Shown: in pieces, positions 11,538-24,583 of the stretch
Layout: each line of letters opens with the position of its first letter
Numbering within the stretch: position 1 is the stretch's first letter
Assembly (NCBI GenBank): GCA_047967505.1
Contig: CM106538.1
DNA length: 64,000 nt
Source of the DNA: Dipteris shenzhenensis
Lineage: Eukaryota
Strand: one strand, 5' to 3'
Made by a program: the position numbers and the translations under genes
Notes under the pieces: generated by a model
The model's input: only the letters and a program-made list of their open reading frames with translations
The model's database searches: none
What the model was told of the DNA's origin: nothing

Positions 11538-13812
11538 TTTGTTTTAAAGAACCTCATTGCACACACGAGAACACATGTGGGTCACCAACGTTGGTTCTCA
11601 ATAACCATGTTGGACACTCATGGTTGAAATAAGATGAAACTTAGTACGACCCTAATATATAATGTTATAAATATTTTGGCTAGGCTTTTATTTCATTTCA
11701 AGTAGGGTAGCATATTGGTTTATGGTAGACAACCCTTTTTTGCCACACTATGGATTGAAACATTTTTGATAGGGTAAGCTCAAATCCATTTCTCTATATC
11801 TTGTAATGGACTGAGAATTGATATGACTCTCAATAACATTGTATCCAAGTAGAACACAAAATATTTACCCATAAATATGTTTATGCATGCCTTTTTATTT
11901 TACAAATCCTCGTTGCACACTACAACACGTGATGGTCACCAATGTTGGTTTTTCATACCCATGTTCAACATCGATGGTCAGAATAAGAAAAAGCTTTGTA
12001 GGAATCTAATACATGATGGCAAAAATATCATGGCTAGGCTTTATTAAATTTGGAGTAGCATAGCATATTGTTTTAGGGTAGAGAACCCTCCCTTTGTCCG
12101 GTAAGTTCAAATCCATGGCTCTGTATCATGTAATGGATTGATACTTGGTATGATTCTCATTCATATTATACCAAATAACCATGTCAAATATTGTCCCATA
12201 AATAGCTCTATAAATGGCTTTTTGTTTTAAATAACCTCATCGCAGATATAGAACACATGTGGGTCACCAATGTTGGTTTCTCATAACCATGTTGGACATC
12301 GATAGTCGAAACAACATGAAACTTTGTAGAATTCTAATACATGATGGAGATTTTATCTAGGTTTTATTTGATTTTGAGTAGCGCAGCATAGCATATTGGT
12401 TTATGGTAGACAACCCTTCTTTTGCCACACCGCGAGTTGAAACATTTTTAATAGGGTATGCTCAAATCATGTTCTCTATATCTCGTAATGGATATTTGAG
12501 AGTTGGTATGAATCTCAATAACATTTTACTCAAGAACGGTAATAAAATTTGTCCCACAAATAGGTCTATACATGCCTTTTTATTTTACAAACTCTTGTTG
12601 CACACACTACAATACATGAGGGTCACCAACGTTGGTCTTTCATAACCATGTTTGGCATCGATGGTTGGATGAAGACAAAACTTTGTAGGAATCTACTAGA
12701 TTATGGCATAAAGATTATGGCTATGATCTATTCCATTTCGAGTAGCATAGCATGTTTTTTAAGGCTAGATAACCCTTTCTTTGTTGCACTGCAAGAACAA
12801 TAAATATTTTTGTTAGGGTAAGGTCAAATCCATGGCTCTATATCTTGTAATGGACTCAGACTTGGTATGATTATACCAAATCACTATATCAAATATTATC
12901 CCATAAATAGGTCTTTATATGGATTTTTGTCTTAAAGAACCTCGTTACACACACTAGAACATGTGTGGGTCACCAACGTTGGTTTTCAATAACCATGTTG
13001 GACATCGATGGTCGAAAGAAGATGTAAATTGGTATGACTATAATATATGATGGTATAAATATTTTGGCTAGGTCTTTATTTCATTTCAAGTAGTGTAGAA
13101 TTTTGGTTTATGTGGTAGACAACTCTTTGTTTGCTAGACTAAAGACAGAAACATTTTTTATAGGGTAAGTTCAAATCCATTGCTCTATATCTCACAATAG
13201 ACTGAGAATTGGTATGACTCTTAATAACATTGTATCCAATCCCCATACCAAAATTTTTCCCACAAATAGGTCTATACATGCCTTTTTATTTTACAAGTTG
13301 CACACACTACAACATGTGAGGTTCACCAACGTTGGTTTTTCATAATCATGTTCGGCATCAATGGTGGTCAGAAGAAGAATCTTTTTAGAAATCTAATACA
13401 TGATGGCATAAATATTATGGCTAGGCTTTATTGAATTTGGAGTAGCGTAGCAGATTGTTTTAGGGCAAAGAACCCTTTCTTTGTCACACTGCGATGATAA
13501 ATATTTATGCTAAGGTAAGGTCAAATCCATGCCTCTATATCTTGTAATTGACTAAGACTTGGTATGATTCTCATTAATATTATACCAAAGAACCGTATCA
13601 AATATTGTCCCATAAATAGGTCTATACATGGCTTTTTGTTTTAAAGAACATCATCGCACACATAGAACACGTGTGGGTCACCAACGTTGGTTTCTCATAA
13701 CCATGTTGGACACTAATAGTAGAAACAAGATGCAACTTGGTAGGATTATAATACATGATGGAATAGATATTTTGTCGAGGTTTTATTTCATTTTGAGTAG
13801 CATAGCATATTG
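11538..13812. repeat. Tandem array of ~350-bp monomers (about 6.5 copies) arranged as an A/B dimer of ~700 bp
   Basis: Marker (g)gtcaccaa(c/t)gttgg recurs at ~11580, 11934, 12261, 12621, 12967, 13322 and 13676. Alternate units begin AAAGAACCTC-like or TTACAAA/TTACAAG. Confidence 0.92.
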
Positions 13813-16664
13813 GAATGAAATCATGAGAACCTCATAATTCAAAATTTAAAAATTAAAAAAACCTTTTTAAACATTTAAAATCATAGAGAGAAGAGTATCT
13901 CAGAATTTAAAATTTGAATTTTGAAGCAACCTTTTTAAAAATTGAAAATCATCTCACTTTTATAATTTCTAGTTTATATTTTTAAAAATTGTACCGAAGT
14001 AAGAATCATAAGAACCAATTATTATTAGAAATGAAATGAAAAGGATTTAAAATTTTAATTTAGAAATATTATTTTTTAAAAGTTAAAATTTATTTTATTT
14101 AAAATTTGAGTACTTAGATAATTATTAAATTAGTAACAATTTGAAATTGTAAATTCCTTGTAGTTTATAAAAAAAAGTATTTTTATTTACATTAAGTTTA
14201 GTAAATTTGATTTTAGTTAAGTTTAAAATTTATTAGTTAGAATTAGAATTTGAATTTATTTATATTTTTAATTTGTTAAATTTGATTTTATTTGCATTGT
14301 ATATTTAGTGCTTAGAGATTTATATTTCCAAATGAAATAAATTTAAAATTTAAAGTTATATTTTTTCTCTCCTTTTCAAAAATGTAAATTTAAATTTATT
14401 TAGGTTAAATTTAGTAGAACTTTAGAGAACAATTACCTTCTAACTTGAAATTAATATTTGAATTTACTTTTTATGTACACTTATAACCTAAGTAAATTAA
14501 AAAGAACTTTGGAAAATAAATTATTTCTCGCTTTTATTCACTTCGATGGTTGGTGTAGCCCAAATTAGCATAGATTAGTTTGCCTTAGAGGAGACACAAG
14601 TTTCCAAGTTGCAAATCAAATCCATGCTCAAATTTTCCTGGCTACTTCCTAATTGGAGTCAGTACCTTTGCTCACATGTGATTTCACACTCACAACCACC
14701 CTCAATCAACGAGCACAGTTCAACATTGGCAACTCTATGTATCAATGTGCAAGGCAATTGAAATTGAAATAATTGCACAGAGCAGATAACAGTTTTATTA
14801 CTATGCAAGGTAGTTGAAATTGAAATCGTTGTGTGCAGAGCAAATTACAGTTTTATCACTGACAGATTAAAAATGCCATAAATGATTAATGATCTTTTAT
14901 ATATTATTAAGCCTTCTAAAGACTTCTAGGCTATCCCCACTATTTTTTAAATCATTTATGTATATATATTGAGCCTTGTAAAGTCTTCTAGGCTATGTCT
15001 TCTAAGCTATTCTTAGATGGTGGACAGGTGTGTCATTTGCTCACCGAAATGTCACATCTGAAGTGTTCAATCGACATTGTACTAAATCTTCGGCATGACA
15101 TGTTCTTGTTGTCTATCCATTGTCAAATAGCTCAGATAGCCAGTCCATTTCTAAGCTCGTGCACGTGTAAGTAATCTTTGTTTTTCTTAATTGCCTACAA
15201 CTTGCCAAGAAATGATCAATCTCTCCCTCTTCCCTATCTCTTGTAACAAACATATAGACAAAGTGTGATACAAAAACGTATCTACTTAATACAAACAAAA
15301 CTTTCAAGGCGAAATCACTTCATTACCTGGAAAGTATGTGTTCCTTCTTCTAGAGTTGAGTCTATATACTCCAAAAAGGTAGAGAAAGAGACAAAAACGA
15401 TAGAACACTCGCTTTTCTCACTCCTTCCAAGCAGATTTAGGTCGCAACTTCAGGAGGTGACTCTCTATACTCCAAAAAGATGAGGAAAGAACCGAAAGTG
15501 AGAGAACACCCATTTTTCTCACTCCTTCCAAGCAAATTCAGGTCACAGCTTTGGTTTCTAAGAGCGAGTGAAATAAGTAGAGAATGAATGGAAGAGAAGA
15601 GGGATGAACAGAGCTTTGACAGAAGTTTCTCTGAGAGATTTTCGATTGTGGAAGAAAAACATGAGCAAAGAGGAGAGAGAATGACTAAGCAAGAGTGGAA
15701 AGAAGATATTTTGAAACCAGCTGCTAGAAAGTGGTGGGAATGAATGTTTGAAATGTTTTAGAAGAGAGAGAATAGGGGGAGAGCTGGTTATAAGAAAGTC
15801 AAAGTTTGGGCCAAACCCAAATGGTTGAACCAAATGGAAAACGTGAGCATAGTTCTAGCTAGGGGATAGTTTGCCTTGGGAGAAAAACAAGGAGGCCTGA
15901 CATGGTCAGGGTAGGCTTGTCAAAGACAATTTTTTATTTTGAACCATCAATGATGTTTTTTGGGGTATTTTGAAAAAAAACTAAAATTTCCCCTAGATTT
16001 GGGGAGCCTCTGTTACAGAAAAGTACATATGGCATATTAATCTCCTTCATGGATACCATATTCCCTTATCCAAGCCTCTAATATTTTAGTAATTCTCCAA
16101 ACGGCCACTTTTTTAGTCCAAAATTTTTGTAATGCATTTATTTAAAGCTTATAACCAGCTTATGTTCTATGGTGCTTTACTCAGCGTAATAGATATTCTA
16201 CTCAGTGCACAAGTTATGCTATTGGGAACATATTGGTACACTTCTGGTCCCAACTACCCTTTGTTAGTTAGCATTCATGCAGACAGTACTAACCTGTTAG
16301 ACTTGTACTCATGTCTTGGTTAGATAGCAGTTGTAAGTAGCAGTTGTAAGCTAATGTTTTATTGATAGAAACATACTAGTTAGAGGTACTGCACTTATTT
16401 CAGCTTTCATTATTAGATTGTCATTTTTTGTAAATCCATCAATGTGTAATAGAGCTACACACTCTTCAACTCTAGAGCTGCATGATGAAATTGCAAAAAG
16501 GGTTGATAACATCATGAGAGACCTTATAGATGCAGGGTAAGACTCATAAGATACTGCAACTGCAGATATCCAAGATGATAGTCCCTTGGGTCACCTACTG
16601 AAAGGGATGTTGAGGAAGAAGGGGTGTGATCTCCTAGGTTCTAGGGTCATTCCCACAACATGGT

Positions 16665-16835
16665 ATACTAAGGTATGTGGAGTGTAGCATAGAACTATTA
16701 TATCCAAGTCATGGGGCTATATACTGGGATGTGTGGAGTGTAATGAAAAGATGTTGTATCCAAGCCATTTGGGCTGTATACTGGGGTGTGTAGAGTGCAT
16801 TGCAGAGCTGTTGTATTGAAGCCATTTGGGCTAAG
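16665..16835 (+). repeat. Three copies of a ~57-bp minisatellite
   Basis: Repeated tatact.gg..tgtg.agtg...tat..aag.cat..gggct. Confidence 0.75.
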
Positions 16836-19043
16836 TAATAGAGGACTATTTATAGGTCTGCTTATTATATATGGCTCATTTTGATTTTTTTAATGTATGA
16901 GTTTATATATATGATGTCATATGTCTGGTTTATGTTTCCCTCGCTTATGGTAAATTCTTTGAGGTAGACTTGAAGAAACCTAGATACTTGGACTCATTTT
17001 GATTTTATATGGATCATTTGATTTTCTATGGCTCACTATGATTGTATATTGTCAGAGTTTATATGTCTCATTGATATTTTATATGGATCATTCTGATTTG
17101 ATATGTTTGATGTAATATGACTGATTTTAAATGTGTCATTATGATTTTGTATGGCTCGTATTGATTTTATATGGCTCATTCTGAATCTATATGGCTCATC
17201 TTGATTTTCTATGTATGTATTGCTCGTAATGATGTACATGAAGCTTTATTTTAAACACTATTAAACCAACCTTTTTGTGTAGGTCTACTTGATGTTATCA
17301 CCTCTCATGCTCAACCAATAGTGTTTGATACCAATCATGCAAGGCAATTGATGGATGAGGCAAGAGATGGGACTGAACTCACAAAAGGCAAATGAGCATT
17401 TTATAGAGACTTTGAACACATCCATCTAGGCCAATAGCCATCCCATTCATGGATCACCCTCAACTATTATGCCTGCCAACACCCCCATTGAAGATCAAAG
17501 AGCAATTGTGTTGGATCTAAATTGTCATCTAGTGAAGATCGTAGAGTGCTTTCATAGAGAATCTCCCCCACTATATGCATCCCTCATGAATGGTTGTCAG
17601 GAGTCCAAGGGACAAGCTGCTATTTAGAGAACTCCTTGAAGAATTAAAGTTCATAGAATTCTTTGTGCTAGTTTTTCAAGCCACAAAGAAATTAAAATAT
17701 TGGCTTAGGAACTATTTCATCAAGCAGAGTTCACATTGGGTGACAACAAGCCAATTTTCTTCAAGGACCTACAGACAATATGGGATCAGCACGAGCCCTT
17801 AAATGCAACCACCACCATTATTTTGGATGATTATTTGTACAAGGTTCATCGAAATCCGTCCGGTATGTGGTGCATACTTCCCAAGTTCGAGCTATAGGGT
17901 TTTGAAGATATGCAGTCATATTTGATGGAGGATGTACAACCATGGCTATTTCTTTAGCTTCGATGGCAGGATTGCCAGGTGTAGACAAATGAGTTCGAGA
18001 GCACAACCTATTCAACAACGAGGAGTCTATGAAATTTTTGGTATTCATCATTAAGATGAAGGAAAAGGGTACAAAGGAATAGACAATGGAAGAAGAGCAT
18101 GCCATATAAAGTCATTTTGTAATTGTTGTGTATGTATTGTACAAAACCTACAAACATAAGGTATTTTCTACAATTATGAGATTATTTTGTGTACCATTTT
18201 GTATAATCTTTCAAGAAAAAAACTTGCATTTCCACATGGATTATCTATCATTTGTTCTTGGATTATCGTGTATTTGTTCTTGGATTATATTTTCAATTAT
18301 CTTGCATTTGTTCCACATGAGTTGCCATAAACTATACCACTCAACATAAGTGTGCTAAGTTAGATAGGGAAATGGATAGCCAGTCGGCCAGTTATTGGCT
18401 AACCATCATTCTGTGTAAAATTGTGAATTTAATCCACATCTTTTCATTGAAGAGGACTTGGCTTTGAAATCTGTGATTGCAAAGGATGTGATCCTACTTT
18501 GCTGGGATGGGAAAGGACATTGGTATTGATTTCCAAGCATGCAAAACAAAGCAAAATTATTTGGATCCTCTTGCATAATGCGAGCTAGGCAAGTAGGGTA
18601 AACAAGGATGCCAAAGTTTTGCTAAACAGTGAAGTGGAGGATTTCACAGTTATAGTGGTTGACAAAAAGTAAAGGATTCAGAGGCTAGGCATAAATGCAA
18701 CACCAAAAAGATGCTTTCACTTCTGTTTATAACTATCATCAAAATTTATCTAAAATGCTAGCTTGCACTTCGATACTTATGTTGAAAAAATTATAGAGTT
18801 AATTCGAGGAATGCAATAAGAAATTCTAGACTTAAGGATGCAGGCTTGAAATATATAGAATACAAAGGAAGAAACATGCAAACTATGCTCATTAACATAT
18901 AAATTGTACTCTATTGGTTGGCTTATAAACTTTTTTCCTCTTGCAAAATCCATGTTCAGTTATATTAGGTAGTTTTCCCAAAGAGGAAAGCTTGATGTTA
19001 AACAACAGGGCAATAAGACATCAGTTACAACACATTTTGCATC

Positions 19044-19136
19044 GAGGGGTCATCTTCAGGGGCAAGGGCCATATAGACATGCCACATATGTCTAGTGGCA
19101 TGTTGATATGGCCCTTGCCCCTAAAGGGGACCTCTC
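19044..19136. repeat. 42-bp imperfect inverted repeat with 9-nt spacer
   Basis: gaggggtcatcttcaggggcaagggccatatagacatgccac pairs with gtggcatgttgatatggcccttgcccctaaaggggacctctc. Confidence 0.9.
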
Positions 19137-19418
19137 AAGGTCCATATCAATTACTTATGTTAGCATAATTGTTAGCATACTTATGTCAGGATATGATGTT
19201 ATCATACTTGCTAGCATACTTATGTTCATGCACTTATGTTATCATATGTATTGACACATATTACCTTTTGAATGTTTCCAAACACTTCATATTGCAAATG
19301 TTCTAAAAACTTCATATTACAAATATTCTTTAAAGAGTGGATTGTTACAAGTCAGCATCAAAGGGCATGTTGTTACGTATGACCTCCTAGGTCTCTAGAG
19401 TGCTTGAGAAAGGTTTTT

Positions 19419-20830
19419 TCATTTTGGTAGACTCTCCATAGGTATTCTAATGCAACACAATAGGTGTGAGAGTATGTGGACTATCGTTTGAGTCATGAGG
19501 AGTTTAAAAAAATAGTGATCTATTTGTTTATAGAAGAGAACATTTACGACATAAGAACCCCTCGCTCTGACATTCCACCTATCATCAAGATAGTCCTGAT
19601 CAGATTGTTGTTTTCCTGTAGTGTATTTAAGCAGGTAAAAATCTACACCCTCAACATTGACTACAAAAGTGTCACCACCAACACACAAAGAATTACTTAA
19701 CACATCATGATGGCCGTCAAAAGATGTTGATGTGTATGCATCTTCCTCTTCTATAGTAGTCTCTATATCTCTATATCTGGAAAAGACACCAATGTGTGAA
19801 AACCCCAAGGTTGCACATGTGCTTTGTTGGTACGTCTGATACAAATGCCATGCATGCATGCATCACAGAAACATGACAAATGTCTGGTAGCAAGGCCTAA
19901 TGGATCTTGAGGGTTGTGACCACGAAAAAACATGTAAAGGACATGAATTGGAAATAGCTTCATGATTCCCCTTATTTTCCCTATTCATGTCTCCTACTTT
20001 TATCTCTCAAAACCCATGAGTACACTCCCTTTCTATGGATGTGTAAGAGGCTACAACTGTGTGAGATAAGTTGTCCTAAGGAAAGCAACAACATCACTTG
20101 CACACTTAAAATAGCACTGTATTTCTTTAGTTGTTCATGTGTTAAGGTTCTTTTAATAACAATCTCTACTCCATCGTGCTCTCCTTTGCCATGCCCACTT
20201 CCCAAGAAGTTCCAAGTCATTTCCATGCTTGACATTGTGTAATATGAAACAATGTTCTACAAATAATGTGTCATGATGCCTATCATCTGAAATGAAGAAG
20301 TGAATTGCTTTAATAAAATTTCTGCCTTACGGTAGTAATTTATATGCACAAAAATTGAGACCTTACTGAATGCCAATGCATTGACTAAATCTCATTCTAT
20401 TCTTTGAAAGCATAATTTTCTTCTAAGTCTACAACTGAGACAACCACATCATCAGGTAATTTGCTCGCATACACTCCTTGAATAGAAGCCCCTACCATCA
20501 GGCTATGTAGTTGTGTTTGATAAAGTGATTCATTTTACTTTTCAAGAACTGCAAAAACTCCCAACACATGTCTTTGTTCATGAGATCTTTCCTCTTCTTT
20601 TGATTTCCATGCTTATCTATAGTATCCACATATTCAAATACTTTCACACTGATGGTTTTCCCTTTATTCATTGTCTTCAAGGGGCAACATGCCAACTTCT
20701 TTATGCCACAATCCTTGCATTCACCCATTAAACACTTCCTATGATGGAAGGTTGTATCATTATGTGTTGTGTAGATCGATGACTCTGAAGGCTTCGGAGA
20801 TTGGAAGTCATGTACCAGTTCTGCTGGTCC
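19419..20830 (-). pseudogene. Degenerate DDD-type transposase with GHGKGEHDG motif (unclassified, possibly Sola-related)
   Basis: KCLMGECKDCG, VVSVVDLEENYAF...SMHW, HFFISDDRHHDTLFVEHC, WNFLGSGHGKGEHDG, RHLSCFCDAC, and a beta-rich C-terminal domain (GDTFVV..FYLLK). Frameshifts and an internal deletion. Confidence 0.8.
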
Positions 20831-21527
20831 ATGGGGCTCGGCTCTTAGGGGACGTTCCCATGCGCAGCAAGAGAGCCATACCTTGATTTGCCAGCACCCA
20901 TGCTGTTCTTGTGTTAGGCTCCTTGTATCAAGATGATAATTTGCAGCATATTTCAGCCCCGATGAATACAAAAATTCTATCTCGCCAACCGGGCAAATCA
21001 GGGCTTGGCATTGTTCCAGACTACAGCTGGTGTACGCATCGGGACCCATTAGTTGGCTCTTGTAGGCATGTGGTTCAGCATGGCCATCTCGCGAGGACGA
21101 ATGCTCCTCCACACTCCAAATTGTCAAGAACTAGGGGCTGGCATACATGCCAGCCTTCTAGTACGTGGAGCTTGCTCTTATTCATAAAGGTTTGCTAGAG
21201 TCTTGCCACTTGTAATTGCCATACATGCCAGCCTTCAGGTACGGGGGAACTTGCTCTTACTCATAAGGGTTTTGCTAGAGTCTTGCCACTTGTAATTGCC
21301 ATATACAAGCTACTAAAAAAATTGCTCATAAGGAGGTTGCCGGCGTGTTTGTCCTCCTCGTGCGTCTTATCCAAGTCTCCAACCAATTGCACATCTCAGT
21401 CTCGTTGGAAATTCTCGCCCATCACCCTCCTCGCTTACATCTGCACTTTGTCCTCCACCACCCCTTCGTCTTCCATTCCCATGGCTTCATTCTGATCTTG
21501 TGCTTCTCGTCCTTGCTTACATGCACA

Positions 21528-22271
21528 ATGAGTCCCAGTACCCAGACGGCTCCGTTTCATCCTCAAACCGAACCACAAAATCGCCTCAAAGACGAGACAG
21601 CTTCTTCCGCCTCACCTGCGAAGCCCAGTCCGCTGCCTACCTCGTTTTATTCAGCTGAGGTTTCTGAACGCGAGGATGATAATTTAAGCGTCGCACCGTC
21701 TCAGATACAGCATGTCGAGAGAAGCGACGTGCCTGCACTCGAATCTTTGGATCCGCAAATTCCGAGAGCTATTCCAAGCAGCGCTCAATCAGGGCATGGA
21801 CAAGCGGTATCACCCACTTGCCTATTGGCGCTAATAAGCAAAAGCAATGGCACGTTGAAGCAGTTGTTCCACTTGGAGAATGCTGCTCTTGGCAAAGGCA
21901 GATCCCTTATTGTAGAGTACAAGTCTTCATGGTCGGACGAAATAAGCTTGACGTTTGGTTTGAGCGGTGCCGAGTCCAGAACGATTGGGCGCGGGGAAGG
22001 AAAGAGAAGGATCGAAAGCAGTGAAGAGGGCAGTTTGGAGTCGGGCAGCAGCTTCAGCTTCAAGCTGCCGACTGTCGAATTTCAAAGCTTGAAGACTCCT
22101 GCTGAAGCTGTGGAACACAATGTTCACGTGCTTTACCAGCAGAAAAGCAAGCCACGAAGAAGATTGATTGCGAAGAAAGACGTCAAGAAGAAAAGCGTGA
22201 CTGCGAAGCGCAAGCTCGTTTCATGGTGGATCTACTGTGTCTATTGCTGCTCCTATCCCAAGGGCGGATGA
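21528..22271 (+). CDS. Uninterrupted 247-aa Ser-rich ORF of unknown function in a CpG-rich segment (possible captured or host gene fragment)
   Basis: Open frame 21345-22271; ATG at 21528 taken as the likely start. CpG dinucleotides are visibly retained, unlike the flanks. Basic C-terminal patch. No domain recognised. Confidence 0.35.
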   Translation: MSPSTQTAPFHPQTEPQNRLKDETASSASPAKPSPLPTSFYSAEVSEREDDNLSVAPSQIQHVERSDVPALESLDPQIPRAIPSSAQSGHGQAVSPTCLLALISKSNGTLKQLFHLENAALGKGRSLIVEYKSSWSDEISLTFGLSGAESRTIGRGEGKRRIESSEEGSLESGSSFSFKLPTVEFQSLKTPAEAVEHNVHVLYQQKSKPRRRLIAKKDVKKKSVTAKRKLVSWWIYCVYCCSYPKGG

Positions 22272-23549
22272 TCAGAGCTTCCGCAATGCATTTTGGAAAA
22301 CTGCGGCGCTGTTCATCGTTGTAAGAAGATTCGTTACTGTAGAAGATAAGTTTGAGTTGAAAGATTTGCAGGTTCGTATTTGAGTTCGAGGAGTGTATAA
22401 AATGTCTCTCGGGAAAAAGGATGCAGCCAATTGAGACAAGATGGATACAACAAGCACTCCGAAAAAGAAATGACCTGGTCGATCTCTGATATTTAGCAAT
22501 CAGAAGTCCCGCCACAGCCACAAAGCAAGAATAGCACATCCATGCCTTGTCTAGACTCTACAGTCCCTGGCCTGTGAGCGTGCTTGCTCTTTTCATTTCA
22601 AGCATTTATTGTGGAACGATGAACGTCCCGCCCTTCAATTCCTGATTCTTTCTTCAAGTTTGGATTCCCGATACTAAAAACACGGCTGATTGCAGCTGCA
22701 TTCCATATTATTTCTGATTTATTTACGGATCTGTTTGTGTAAATCACGTCTTTGCTGGCGTGTTTATATTGCTGAAAGAGTGTACAATTTTAAAAAGGGA
22801 GGCTACTCTCAAAACATCTTGTGCGTAGAAAAGCATTTATGGACTCAAAATAACCATGTGGAGTAAAACTTCACCGTGACCTTCGTGAAATTCAAAACAT
22901 TCCAGTGGCATCGTCCTCTAAGGTGGCACCATTTTATTATTTTTCGGTGGTATAGAAACTTTCTACCTAGTCGCTCGTCAATAAATATATTATTATCAAT
23001 AGTATCTTGAATATTCCTACCGATACAATGCTCTAACATTGATGCACTTTTTTCTGTTGCCACCATCAATATATATTGTGAACTTTTTGTTTTTCCAGAT
23101 TAACGACTTTTTCACTATTTACCTTGGGTGCAATTACTTTACACACTAGAAGGATGCAATTACCCACCCTCCCATAAATGGATGCAATTTAAATTTTGTT
23201 AAAATAATCCAAACTAGGGTGCGATAGGCCACATACGGTGAAAGAGCGCAATCTCTAAACGATGAAGAAAGGATGACATGCCGGTGTTTGAAAAATATCT
23301 GACTATCAACTAAGCTAACAATAGCAAGGCCGACCAAATGGCGTATATGTTTAAGCGTTCCCTTCTTGGGAACACCTCGGCACACAAATAGAAAAAGAAA
23401 AACTTGAAATATGCAAAAGCAAAATAAAACACAAACCTGGAGATGCAAAACATATATATATATATATAGATATCGCCCCCCCCGCCCCCGCTTAATCCAT
23501 GTTTGACCCTCCTCCCATGTGCACCTCCCCCACATGAGCCCAAGTTTGC

Positions 23550-23751
23550 CTCGGGGGGTTCACCTAAAAGAAATTAGTATACCATGTGCATTCAAAGGGA
23601 GGGGTATTTTAATCCAACTTTTTGAAAAAATCAATTAGTTCATAAGTAAAGAGGGGTGTTTTTATTGTGGGATAAATTTTAGTTGAGAGGTTCTTTTAAT
23701 ACCCTTTGAACGCACGTGATATGTAGGGTTTTTTGTAGTGCACCCCCGGAG
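23550..23751. mobile_element. MITE with CTCGGGGG-type TIRs and 8-bp TSD
   Basis: AAGTTTGC|CTCGGGGGGTTCAC...GTGCACCCCCGGAG|AAGTCTGC (TSD 7/8 match). Confidence 0.85.
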
Positions 23752-23944
23752 AAGTCTGCTTTGAATGAGCCTATGGGCCCTTTGTGGCGAGTTCTCCCCC
23801 CCCCCTCTTTCTAGGTTCTCTGCCCCCATTGTTTTGGCCAAGCTTGCCATTCCCTCCATTTTTGAATATTGAAGCTACCCTCCCTTGTATTTGGCCTCTT
23901 CCCCCTCTTTCTTTGCTCCCTCTTGCTATGTCCTGCTTACTGTA

Positions 23945-24059
23945 GCCCCCCCCCCCTCCCCCCCCCCTCTCTCTCTCTCTCTATCTCTCTCTCTGTGTGT
24001 GTCTTTGTCTCTCTCTCCCTCTCTCTCCCCCATTTTTGCTATTGTTGTGTACCTCCCCG

Positions 24060-24091
<32 letters not shown>

Positions 24092-24100
24092 CCCCCTCTC
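23945..24100 (+). repeat. Poly-C/(CT)n low-complexity tract
   Basis: Directly visible. Confidence 0.9.
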
Positions 24101-24399
24101 CCTATCCTGTGCCTCTATTGGAGCTGCTCTATCCCTATCCATATCCCTCTGTTGGAGTTGCATTGCCCTATGTAGGAGTCCCATTCTTGCTTTTACAACC
24201 TCTACAAGTAGGTGAGGAGCAAGGCTACAAGACTATGCAATGATGTGACCTCTTATGTGTTTATACAACACCATAAATGCATTGGATGAGTGGATCCCTT
24301 GCGCCTATAACTTGAATGACTAGCCCTAGTGAAGAAAGGTTCGGCCAAAGGTCCGCATAAGCTTTTGAAGAGCAAGAGAGGTGACATCTTGCATGAGTG

Positions 24400-24583
24400 C
24401 ATGGGGGATTCACTAGTAGTAATAAGGAGACGTCACCTACGTGCAATAAATATATGAAAATTCCCCTTATCTACCCCCTATTTACGGGACCTTACCTTTT
24501 AAAATGTACCTTCCTTTCCTTATATAACCCCCTCCCTTACACTCACGTGGCACCATACGATAAACCCTAGTGGACTCCCCGAG
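24400..24583. mobile_element. MITE of the same TIR family, 8-bp TSD
   Basis: CATGAGTG|CATGGGGGATTCACTAG...CTAGTGGACTCCCCGAG|CATGAGTG (perfect TSD). Confidence 0.85.

Noticed and set aside
11538-13812. CRISPR-like array
   Set aside because: Whole units are homologous, with no unique spacers, no cas genes and a eukaryotic context.
16100-18110. Possible decayed gene or TE accessory exons
   Set aside because: Could not assign any domain or consistent reading frame.
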